From Planctomycetota bacterium (GTDB lineage: Bacteria > Planctomycetota > UBA1135): DNA of 64,000 nucleotides. The position numbers and the translations under genes were made by a program. The notes beneath the pieces were generated by a model that had not been told where the DNA came from, did no database searches, and saw nothing but the letters and a program-made list of their open reading frames with translations. The stretch lies in contig PAHY01000043.1 of the NCBI GenBank assembly GCA_002705055.1, positions 5,832 through 69,831 of the forward strand, in the 5' to 3' direction. Below are positions 20,796 through 28,547 of the stretch, in pieces. Position 1 is the first letter of the stretch. Each line of letters starts with the position of its first letter.

Positions 20796-22100
20796 ATGAA
20801 ATCCCCCGACCGACGCCGCTTCCTCCAGCAATCCTCCCTCCTTGCCGGCGCCAGTCTGCTCGGCGCCACCCCCGGTCTGCGCGCAGCAAGCTCGGGTCGC
20901 TTCGGCCGCAATGACGAACTCCGCGTCGCTCTGGTCGGCTGCGGTGGGCGCGGCACGGGCGCGGCGGTGCAGGCGCTGTCCACCGAAGGACCGGTCAAGC
21001 TGGTCGCGGTCGCCGACGCCTTCCCCGATCGCATGAACGGCGCGCTGCAGCAGATCGCGAAGGCCAAGCCCGATCGGGTCGATGTCCCGGAAGAGCGGCG
21101 CTTCGTCGGCTTCGACGCCTATCGCAAGGCGATCGATTCCGGGGTTGATGTGGTGATCCTCGCCACGCCTCCCGGCTTCCGTCCGATGCACTTCGACTAC
21201 GCCGTGCGTCAGGGCAAGCACGTCTTCATGGAAAAGCCGGTTGCCGTAGACGGTCCCGGTATCCGCACGGTGCTGGCCGCGGCCGGGATCGCCAAGGAGA
21301 AAGGCCTGAAGGTCGGGGTCGGCCTGCAGCGCCATCACTCGGCCAAGTACAACGCGACCATCGCCCGCCTCCAGGAAGGCGCCATCGGCGATATCCGCCT
21401 GCTGCGCTGCTACTGGAACAGCGGCGGCGTCTGGGTGCGCCCGCGCGAGGCCGGCCAGACCGAAATGGAGTATCAGATGCGTAACTGGTACTACTTCAAT
21501 TGGCTCTGCGGCGACCACATCGTCGAGCAGCACATCCACAACCTCGATGTCTGCAACTGGGTCATGGGGGATTACCCCGCACAGGCCCAGGGCCAGGGCG
21601 GGCGCCAGGTGCGCAACGGCATCGACCACGGCGAGATCTACGACCACCACATGGTCGAGTACACCTACGCCAACGGCACCAAGATGCTGTCCAGCTGCCG
21701 GCACATTCCCAACACCTGGTCGAGTGTCTCCGAGCACGCGCTCGGCGCAGAGGGCGAGTGCAACATCGGCGCGGGCCGCATGGAAGTCTTCGGGGGCGAC
21801 AAGTGGCGCTACCGTGGCGAAGACCCCAACCATTACCAGGTCGAACACGACGTGCTGTTCGCGGCCATCCGTAACGACACCCCGCACAACGAAGCCGAGA
21901 ACGGCGCCAAGTCGACGCTCACCTCGATCCTCGGCCGCATGGCCACCTACTCTGGCAAGGTCGTCACCTGGGAAGAGGCGCTGAACTCGGATCTAGCCCT
22001 GGTGCCCTCTGGCTACGACTGGGAATCGGCTCCGCCTTCGCTGCCCGACGCCGAGGGCCGCTACCCCATCCCGATGCCCGGCTCGACGCGGGCTTACTGA
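20796..22100 (+). CDS. Tat-secreted Gfo/Idh/MocA-family oxidoreductase (GH109-like), paralog of 15685..17025.
   Basis: RRRFLQQSSLLAGASLLG Tat motif; VGCGGRGTG; blocks VPEERRFVGFDAYRKAID and RPMHFDYAVRQGKHVFMEKPVA are nearly identical to the paralog. Confidence 0.85.
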   Translation: MKSPDRRRFLQQSSLLAGASLLGATPGLRAASSGRFGRNDELRVALVGCGGRGTGAAVQALSTEGPVKLVAVADAFPDRMNGALQQIAKAKPDRVDVPEERRFVGFDAYRKAIDSGVDVVILATPPGFRPMHFDYAVRQGKHVFMEKPVAVDGPGIRTVLAAAGIAKEKGLKVGVGLQRHHSAKYNATIARLQEGAIGDIRLLRCYWNSGGVWVRPREAGQTEMEYQMRNWYYFNWLCGDHIVEQHIHNLDVCNWVMGDYPAQAQGQGGRQVRNGIDHGEIYDHHMVEYTYANGTKMLSSCRHIPNTWSSVSEHALGAEGECNIGAGRMEVFGGDKWRYRGEDPNHYQVEHDVLFAAIRNDTPHNEAENGAKSTLTSILGRMATYSGKVVTWEEALNSDLALVPSGYDWESAPPSLPDAEGRYPIPMPGSTRAY

Positions 22101-22143
22101 TTCGCTACCTTCTCAGCCGCGTCACCCACGCACCTCACCCCAC

Positions 22144-22602
22144 ATGACTCGTCCTGCACTGCTGTTTCTTCTCTCCGGCCTGCTCTTGGCCGCGCTTTCT
22201 GCTCCCGTTCTGTCCGGCACCGTGCAAGAGCCCGCCGGCCAGGAAGAAGAGCACACGGTGATTGAAGAGAACATGAAGACCATCAAGGGGGGCATGCGCC
22301 AGCTGCGCCGTGGTCTCCGCGATGCCGAGAACCTTCCGGCCGCTCTGCCGGTGATCGTCGACATGCAGAAGGCCGCCCAGGCCTGCAAGACGGAGATCCC
22401 CAAGATGGCCGCGAGCATCTCCGACGAGAAAGAGCGCGCAGCCTTCGTCGCGGCGTATCGCCAGGGCATGATCGCCACCCAACGGCTCATGCTCGATCTT
22501 GAAGACGCCGTCATCGCCGGCGACCTCGAGAAGTGCGCGCAGCTCTACGACGCGCTGAAGAACTCCCAGGACAAGGGGCACGATCGCTTCACCGACGAGT
22601 AA
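22144..22602 (+). CDS. Periplasmic cytochrome b562-family protein.
   Basis: Signal peptide MTRPALLFLLSGLLLAALSAPVLSG; four-helix pattern with EENMKTIKGG (Met ligand region) and C-terminal KGHDRF (His ligand region) resembling cytochrome b562. Confidence 0.6.
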   Translation: MTRPALLFLLSGLLLAALSAPVLSGTVQEPAGQEEEHTVIEENMKTIKGGMRQLRRGLRDAENLPAALPVIVDMQKAAQACKTEIPKMAASISDEKERAAFVAAYRQGMIATQRLMLDLEDAVIAGDLEKCAQLYDALKNSQDKGHDRFTDE

Positions 22603-22637
22603 GCATCAGGCGACGCCAGCCGCCCGGGCTGGCGACC

Positions 22638-22679
22638 AAAGAAAGCGCCCAGGAAGAGATCTTCCTGGGCGCTTTCTTT
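22638..22679 (+). terminator. Strong hairpin downstream of the cytochrome b562-like gene.
   Basis: aaagaaagcgcccaggaag-agat-cttcctgggcgctttcttt, a perfect 19-bp stem. It is preceded by a second hairpin cgccagccgcccgggctggcg at 22610-22630. No T-run follows. Confidence 0.5.
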
Positions 22680-22841
22680 GGAGGTCGTGAGGTGGGTTGG
22701 CCCACGCTGATTTGAGGTCAGGTGAACCGCCTCCAGGCAGACAGGGTCCGCCCAGAGGAAGACTCTCATCGACCGTTCCCTGCGCGGCCTGAAGTCCGAA
22801 GCCGGGATTCTGAAAGAATCGAGCCGGACTAGAATCAGGGG

Positions 22842-23879
22842 ATGTCCGCGCGGCGCGCCTTCCTTTCGCTCAGCCTTGAAGAGGCGCGGAGCGAGCTGTC
22901 CGCGCGCGGTTTTCGGCCGGTCTGGGCTGATCGCCTGCGACGCACGCTGCTGGCCGGCGAACTTCCCGTGGAAGCAGCGAAGCCGGGCGCAGCTTTGCCG
23001 CGCGCGCTGCTTCCCCAGCTCGAGGCGGACTACTCGTGGCTGAGCCTGCAGGAGACCGCCCAGTCCCGCGCCGAGGACGGCGCGGTCAAGCATCTGCTCG
23101 AACTCGCTGACGGCGAGGCGGTGGAAGCCGTTCGGCTTCCGGGCTCGGGCGCTCCCTCGGCCTGTCTGTCCTCGCAGGTGGGCTGCGCGGTCGGTTGCCG
23201 TTTCTGCGCTTCGGGGCTGGAGGGGGTGCAGCGCAATCTGCTGGCCCACGAACTGCTCGAGCAGGTGGCCTGGCTGCGGCGCGCCGGCGAGGTGCGGCGG
23301 CTGGTTCTGATGGGGGCCGGAGAACCGACCCACAACCTGCGCGAGGTGGCCCGGGCGCTCGATGTGCTGCGCACCGAAGGAGGGATCGGGCCGCGTCACG
23401 TGCTGATCTCGACCGTCGGACCACCTGCGGCGATCCGCCGTATCACGCAGCTGGGCCGCAAGTTCACCTTGGCGCTCTCGCTGCACGCGCTTGACGCGGA
23501 GCTGCGAGCCGAGCTGATCCCTTCGCAGTCCCAGGTCGATCCGCGCAAGCTGCTCGATGCAGCCGACGAACACGCGGCCGCGACGGGGCGTCCCTATCAG
23601 GTGGAGTATGTACTGCTCGGCGGCCTCAACGACGCACAGGCGCAGGCCGAGGCGCTGGCACAGGCGCTGCAGGGGAGACGCGCGCATCTCAGCCTCATCC
23701 CTTGGAACGCGGTGGACGAGGTCGAGTTCGCTTCGCCCGGCGCCGCGGCTGCGGAGCGGTTCCGCGACACCGTCCGCGCGGCGGGAGTCAGCGTGGTCCT
23801 GCGCCGCACCCTGGGTGGCTCGGCTGATGCCGCCTGCGGGCAGCTGCGGCGTCGCCGCGCGGCTAGGCTCGACGTGTGA
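22842..23879 (+). CDS. rlmN: Radical-SAM 23S rRNA/tRNA (adenine-C2) methyltransferase, RlmN family.
   Basis: CAVGCRFCASG radical-SAM cluster motif; RlmN/Cfr-family core (GEPTHN, LSLHA). Confidence 0.8.
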   Translation: MSARRAFLSLSLEEARSELSARGFRPVWADRLRRTLLAGELPVEAAKPGAALPRALLPQLEADYSWLSLQETAQSRAEDGAVKHLLELADGEAVEAVRLPGSGAPSACLSSQVGCAVGCRFCASGLEGVQRNLLAHELLEQVAWLRRAGEVRRLVLMGAGEPTHNLREVARALDVLRTEGGIGPRHVLISTVGPPAAIRRITQLGRKFTLALSLHALDAELRAELIPSQSQVDPRKLLDAADEHAAATGRPYQVEYVLLGGLNDAQAQAEALAQALQGRRAHLSLIPWNAVDEVEFASPGAAAAERFRDTVRAAGVSVVLRRTLGGSADAACGQLRRRRAARLDV

Positions 23880-25567
23880 TGGAGCGCAGCCTTGCCCGAG
23901 TTCTGCTGGTGATGACCGGGGTCGCCTGCGGACCGAGCGGCGGGCAGAACCAGGGCTTTTCGCCGCCGGCCAAGCTGGTCGTCGCGGAAGCACCGCGCGT
24001 CGAATTGCAGGGCACGGTGGTCGATGTGGACGGAAAGCCCATCGAAGGGGCCCAGATACGGGTCCTGCCCCGCTGGCGCAAGGCGAGCACCGACGCCGAG
24101 GGTCGCTGGTCGATGCGCGTGGGGCCTCCGCATGGACAGATCCTCGAGCTCTTCGCCCACGCCGAGGGCTATACCGTCGCGCGCACCACGGTCGGTCTGC
24201 CAAGCGCGCCTCAGGATGGGCAGGAGCTGAAGTGTTCGCTACGGCTGCGCCCGGCGCACACTCTGCAGGGCCTCTACCTCGACGGGCAGGGACGACAGGT
24301 TCCGGGCGCGCGCCTGGGATTGCGTTGCCTCACGCCCTCGCTCTCCCGGGAAGAACGTCATTCCTGGAATACGGTGCTGAGTGATCCAGCAGGTTTCGAT
24401 CTGGCCAGCACGGTCAGCGGCTCGGGCGCGGAAGCAGGGGAGTTCTCCTGGACAGGTTTGCCGGATGGTCTCTACGAAGTCTTCGTCCTGGCGGAGCCGC
24501 AGCAGGACGCCGCGGAAGACGGCGCGCAGGCCCCGACCGGGCCGGACCACTCCCGAGCGACTCCGGCGTTGGCCGCCGCGCGCATTGTGTTTCGTCAGGG
24601 CCAGGCCGACGGCGCGGAGTACATGGTGCTGACGGAAGGGCGGGGCGTGTTCGAGCTCGCCGGAAGCGTGCACAACGGCTTCTGGTCGGGCTGGGTCGAC
24701 GGGGCGCGCGTCGTGGCCGAACGGCTCGACGGAAGCCTGTGGGCCTCCACCCGCGTCGATTCACGGGGCGTCTTTCGATTCCCGGGGATGCCCGGCTGGG
24801 CGTCCGACTGGACGCTGCGAGTCGAAGCCGAGGGCCGGGTGAGCGAGCAGACCGGCAGCCTCGTCACCACCGGGCCCATGCTGGCGATGGGGGAGCCGCG
24901 CGTGGTCCGATTCCGGTTGCGCGATGCGCTCGGCAAGCCGGTCTTGGGGGCCAGCGTGCTCAGCCTCGGCACGACCGGCGGCCGGCCCGCCGCCGACGCG
25001 CTCGCGCAGCTGTCGGTGCGAAGTGATCGTAACGGGCTGCTTCGCTTGCCAGGGCTCCCCGCCGCGGAAGCGGTCGTGCTGCAGATCTGGTCGCCGTGGC
25101 GCTGCACGCCGCACGAACTGAAGGTCGATCTGACGCCTTCCCCGGAGGATCCCGACGCGCTCGTCGACCTGGCACTTCCGGGCGATCACAGCTCGCCGCG
25201 CTTTTCGGTCCCGATCCAGCTGGTCGAGCGCGGGGGTGGATGGGGGGATCTCCCGCTGACGATCACGGCGTACTCCGAGGAACGCGCGATCGTCGGCGAG
25301 TGGCAGCTGCGCGCGCTCGCCGGCAGTCCCGCCAGCCCGCCGCGCTACCTGATCCATCTGGGCGGCGCACCTCAAAGCGTGCACGCGCGGATCGTGGAAG
25401 CCCCCCGGCCCGAGTTCGAGGCCCAGCTGCCTGCAGGGAGTTACCTGATGCGCGCCCAGCTGGGCGACCGCGTCGTCGGAGACGTCGAAGTCGAGGTGCA
25501 GACTCCTTTCGGGGCGGACGCGAGTCCGCTGAAGCCGGTGCAGCTCGTGATCGATGCGCAGGGCTGA
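23876..25567 (+). CDS. Hypothetical lipoprotein or secreted protein with carboxypeptidase-regulatory-like (CarbopepD_reg) beta-sandwich domains.
   Basis: ATGA overlap with the rlmN stop; N-terminus VLLVMTGVACG; repeated beta-strand-rich modules (GTVVDVDGKPIEGAQIRVLP...). Confidence 0.55.
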   Translation: MMERSLARVLLVMTGVACGPSGGQNQGFSPPAKLVVAEAPRVELQGTVVDVDGKPIEGAQIRVLPRWRKASTDAEGRWSMRVGPPHGQILELFAHAEGYTVARTTVGLPSAPQDGQELKCSLRLRPAHTLQGLYLDGQGRQVPGARLGLRCLTPSLSREERHSWNTVLSDPAGFDLASTVSGSGAEAGEFSWTGLPDGLYEVFVLAEPQQDAAEDGAQAPTGPDHSRATPALAAARIVFRQGQADGAEYMVLTEGRGVFELAGSVHNGFWSGWVDGARVVAERLDGSLWASTRVDSRGVFRFPGMPGWASDWTLRVEAEGRVSEQTGSLVTTGPMLAMGEPRVVRFRLRDALGKPVLGASVLSLGTTGGRPAADALAQLSVRSDRNGLLRLPGLPAAEAVVLQIWSPWRCTPHELKVDLTPSPEDPDALVDLALPGDHSSPRFSVPIQLVERGGGWGDLPLTITAYSEERAIVGEWQLRALAGSPASPPRYLIHLGGAPQSVHARIVEAPRPEFEAQLPAGSYLMRAQLGDRVVGDVEVEVQTPFGADASPLKPVQLVIDAQG

Positions 25568-25588
25568 GCTCGCCCCGCGACCACGCGC

Positions 25589-26455
25589 CTAAGCCTCGGC
25601 GGCGGCCGCTTCAGGCTTCGGGTAGTCCTTGCCCTGCGGGGTGTAGCGCAGGATCGTCGCCAGCTTCGAGCGCAGCTCGTGGCGACCGACGATGGCGTCG
25701 ATCTGCCCCTTCTCGAGCAGGAACTCGGCGCGTTGGAAGCCGTCCGGCAGCTCCTGGCGGATCGTGTTCTGAATCACGCGCGGACCGGCAAAGCCGATCA
25801 GAGCCTTGGGCTCGGCGATCAGGAAATCGCAGACGCTGGCGAAGCTCGCCGTGACCCCGCCCGTTGTGGGGTTGGTCATCACCGACACCGACACCCCGCC
25901 GCGGCGGCGGTAGTGGTTGAGCGCCGCGCAGGTCTTGGCCATCTGCATCAGCGAGATCGCGCCTTCGTGCATGCGCGCGCCCCCGCTGGCGCTGAAGATC
26001 AGCACCGGGACTTCATTCGCCTCGGCGAGTTCGATCGCGCAGGCCAGCTTCTCGCCGACGATCTCGCCCATCGAGCCACCCATGAAGGAGAAGTCGAGCA
26101 CCGCGAGCACCACCGGGATGCCCTCGATCTCGCAGGTGCCGGCGATGCAGGCGTCGTTCTGCCCGGTCTTCTTCTGGGCCTTTTCGATCTTCTCGGAGTA
26201 AGGCTCCTTGTCGACGAAGCCGAGGCGGTCGCTGGGGCGGAGATCGGTGAACTTCTCGGCGAAGGTGCCCGGGTCGGCGGTCAGCTCGATGCGGGTGCGC
26301 GCGTTGATCGTGTGGTGGAAGCCGCACTTCGGGCAGACATGCGCGTTCTGCGCAAACTCCTTGGTGTAGATCATGGCGCCGCAGTCTTTGCACTTCGTCC
26401 AAAGACCGCCCGGCATGTCCTTCTTCTTGCGGCGGAGACCCCAGCCCATGCCCAA
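25589..26455 (-). CDS. accD: Acetyl-CoA carboxylase carboxyltransferase beta subunit.
   Basis: N-terminal Zn ribbon CKDCGAMIYTKEF...CPKCGFH and conserved carboxyltransferase core GGSMGEIVGEKL...FSASGGARMHEG. Confidence 0.9.
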   Translation of the reverse strand: MGMGWGLRRKKKDMPGGLWTKCKDCGAMIYTKEFAQNAHVCPKCGFHHTINARTRIELTADPGTFAEKFTDLRPSDRLGFVDKEPYSEKIEKAQKKTGQNDACIAGTCEIEGIPVVLAVLDFSFMGGSMGEIVGEKLACAIELAEANEVPVLIFSASGGARMHEGAISLMQMAKTCAALNHYRRRGGVSVSVMTNPTTGGVTASFASVCDFLIAEPKALIGFAGPRVIQNTIRQELPDGFQRAEFLLEKGQIDAIVGRHELRSKLATILRYTPQGKDYPKPEAAAAEA

Positions 26456-26487
26456 GATTGTATCGGAGGCGGCTGCTTTCAGCCTCG

Positions 26488-27720
26488 CTAGAACATCTCG
26501 GGGCAGGTCGGCGCCCGACCCACGAACAGGCCCGACGCGCGCGCCAGCGCTTCGGGGCTGCCCTGCGCGCGATCAAGAATCGCGAGATTCTCGGCCGACT
26601 GATGTCCCGAGTACAGCGCCGCCAGGGCGCCGGCGTCGAGTCGGACGCGATCCTCGCTGGCCTGATCGGGGTCGGCGACGCGGACGGCGCTGCCGCGGCC
26701 GTCGCGCACGCGCAGATGCCAGAGCCCGTGGTTATCGGGCAGGACCGGGTCCTCGACCTCGAGCAGCAGCTCGCCCGACACGCCGACCGGGTAGCCGCGC
26801 TGCGCCAGGGCATCGCCGACGCGCACCAGCCGAATCAGGAACTGCTCGCGCATCTTCATGCGCGCCCGCTGTTCCGGGAGCCAGGACCAGAACGGACTCT
26901 GCGGCGGCAGCGTGGTGCTGATCTCGCGCACCATCGAATGGTGCGAGCGCAGGAGGGCCATCAGGCCGCGCAGGCCTTCGGCGTCGGCCGCCTCGAAGAC
27001 GCGCAGCTCCATGGCCTGAAAGTCGTCGAGCGCTTCGGAGCTGGCGAGGGTGAAAGCCAGAAACCCGCGCAGCTTGCCTGCGTCATCAAAAACGCCGAAG
27101 GCCTGCGCAGGCTTGCCGCGCGGCCGCAGCAGGCGCGGCCACAGGTAGTCGCAGCGATCCATGTGCCCGGGCATGACGCGCCCGTTGGCGCGCACGATCT
27201 CCTGCATCGCGGGGCGGTCGTCTTCGGTCAGCGCGCGAATCTCAAGCTCGGTGCGCACCGGCGGGAGATAGCTGGTTTCGAGTCGAGCGGCGTAGTGCGT
27301 CCCGGCGATCTCGTACCCCAGCCCACGATAGAACTTGGTCGTCGAGGCGTAGAGGATTGACAGCGCCTCGCCCTGAGCCTCGACTTCGCGCAGGATCTCG
27401 GCCATCAGCAGGCTGCCGACGCCGTCACGCCGATACTCCGGCCGCACCCCGACCCCGGCGACGCCGCGGGTGCGCACCGAGCGGCCGCCGTGGAACTGCG
27501 CCATCGGCATCAGCACTGCGGTGGCGGCGTACTCGCCGTCCTGCTCGAGCACCCGGATCTTCTCGGCTCCGGCGACGCCCACCCAGCGGTCGGCTTCTTC
27601 CAACTCGCAGGAGAAGATCGCGGCGATGACCTCACGATGCTGGGCCGCGTGACGGTCGGCCTCATAGGGGCACAACTGCCAGCCGGGCCGCGCGGGCTGG
27701 GCACGAAGGGGGGAGGTCAT
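26488..27720 (-). CDS. GNAT-family N-acetyltransferase, Eis-like (GNAT plus SCP2-like C-terminal architecture).
   Basis: 410 aa; motif A-like VRPEYRRDGVGSLLM; overall Eis-like length and layout. Confidence 0.6.
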   Translation of the reverse strand: MTSPLRAQPARPGWQLCPYEADRHAAQHREVIAAIFSCELEEADRWVGVAGAEKIRVLEQDGEYAATAVLMPMAQFHGGRSVRTRGVAGVGVRPEYRRDGVGSLLMAEILREVEAQGEALSILYASTTKFYRGLGYEIAGTHYAARLETSYLPPVRTELEIRALTEDDRPAMQEIVRANGRVMPGHMDRCDYLWPRLLRPRGKPAQAFGVFDDAGKLRGFLAFTLASSEALDDFQAMELRVFEAADAEGLRGLMALLRSHHSMVREISTTLPPQSPFWSWLPEQRARMKMREQFLIRLVRVGDALAQRGYPVGVSGELLLEVEDPVLPDNHGLWHLRVRDGRGSAVRVADPDQASEDRVRLDAGALAALYSGHQSAENLAILDRAQGSPEALARASGLFVGRAPTCPEMF

Positions 27721-27729
27721 GGCCGAAGT

Positions 27730-28494
27730 CTAGGAAACCGCCGCGCCTTCGATGGCCTGGCGCAGATCGGCGGTGGCCGCTGCCATATCCGGGGCGCGGA
27801 ACAGGAAGGTGCCGGCCACGAAGGCGTTGGTACCCGCTTCGGCGCAGGCCGGAGCCGTCTCGGCGGTGATCCCGCCGTCCATTTCGATGTCGCCGCGGAA
27901 GCCCCAGGAGCGCAGCTGGCGGACCTTATCGAGGACCTCCGGCATGAAGGACTGGCCGCCGAAGCCGGCGTGGACCGACATCACCAGGATCAGATCCAAC
28001 TGATCGAGGTAGGGGCGGAGCGGCTCGACCCCGCACGGAGGGTTGACCGCGACCCCGATTTGGCAGCCCGTCGCCTTGAAGGCGGCGAGAGTTTCTTCGA
28101 AGTTGCTTTCTGCGGCCTCGTAGTGAAAGCTGAGCACATCGGCCCCGGCTTGGGCGTAGTGCTCCGCCCACTTGGCCGGCTCCTCGATCATCAGGTGCAC
28201 GTCGAGCGGGATATTTGCAACTTCCTTGATTGACCCCACCACAGGCGGGCCAATCGTGAGGTTGGGGACGAAATGGCCGTCCATGACATCCACGTGATGC
28301 CAATCGGCCCCGGCGGCCTCGGCGCGCGCGAGCTCCTCTCCGAGGCGGCAGAAATCGGAAGCAAGCAGAGATGGGGCGATGCGGAGCGGGCGCGACACGA
28401 TGCCTGATTCTAGCGATTGCCGAAAAAATTCACCGACTCTGACCCGATTCGACGTCGGATCACGTTCTTCTATATGCGGGGCGAGCCTCCCCAT
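27730..28494 (-). CDS. rpe: Ribulose-phosphate 3-epimerase.
   Basis: RIAPSLLASDF...HVDVMDGHFVPNLT...DVHLM...MSVHAGFGGQSF...DGG. The true start is probably internal (GTG near 28401); the track start is the most upstream candidate. Confidence 0.85.
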   Translation of the reverse strand: MGRLAPHIEERDPTSNRVRVGEFFRQSLESGIVSRPLRIAPSLLASDFCRLGEELARAEAAGADWHHVDVMDGHFVPNLTIGPPVVGSIKEVANIPLDVHLMIEEPAKWAEHYAQAGADVLSFHYEAAESNFEETLAAFKATGCQIGVAVNPPCGVEPLRPYLDQLDLILVMSVHAGFGGQSFMPEVLDKVRQLRSWGFRGDIEMDGGITAETAPACAEAGTNAFVAGTFLFRAPDMAAATADLRQAIEGAAVS

Positions 28495-28547
28495 GCTCTC
28501 CCGTTTCTGACTAGCCAGTCAACCCAACCCTGAACTCCCTACTTCTC

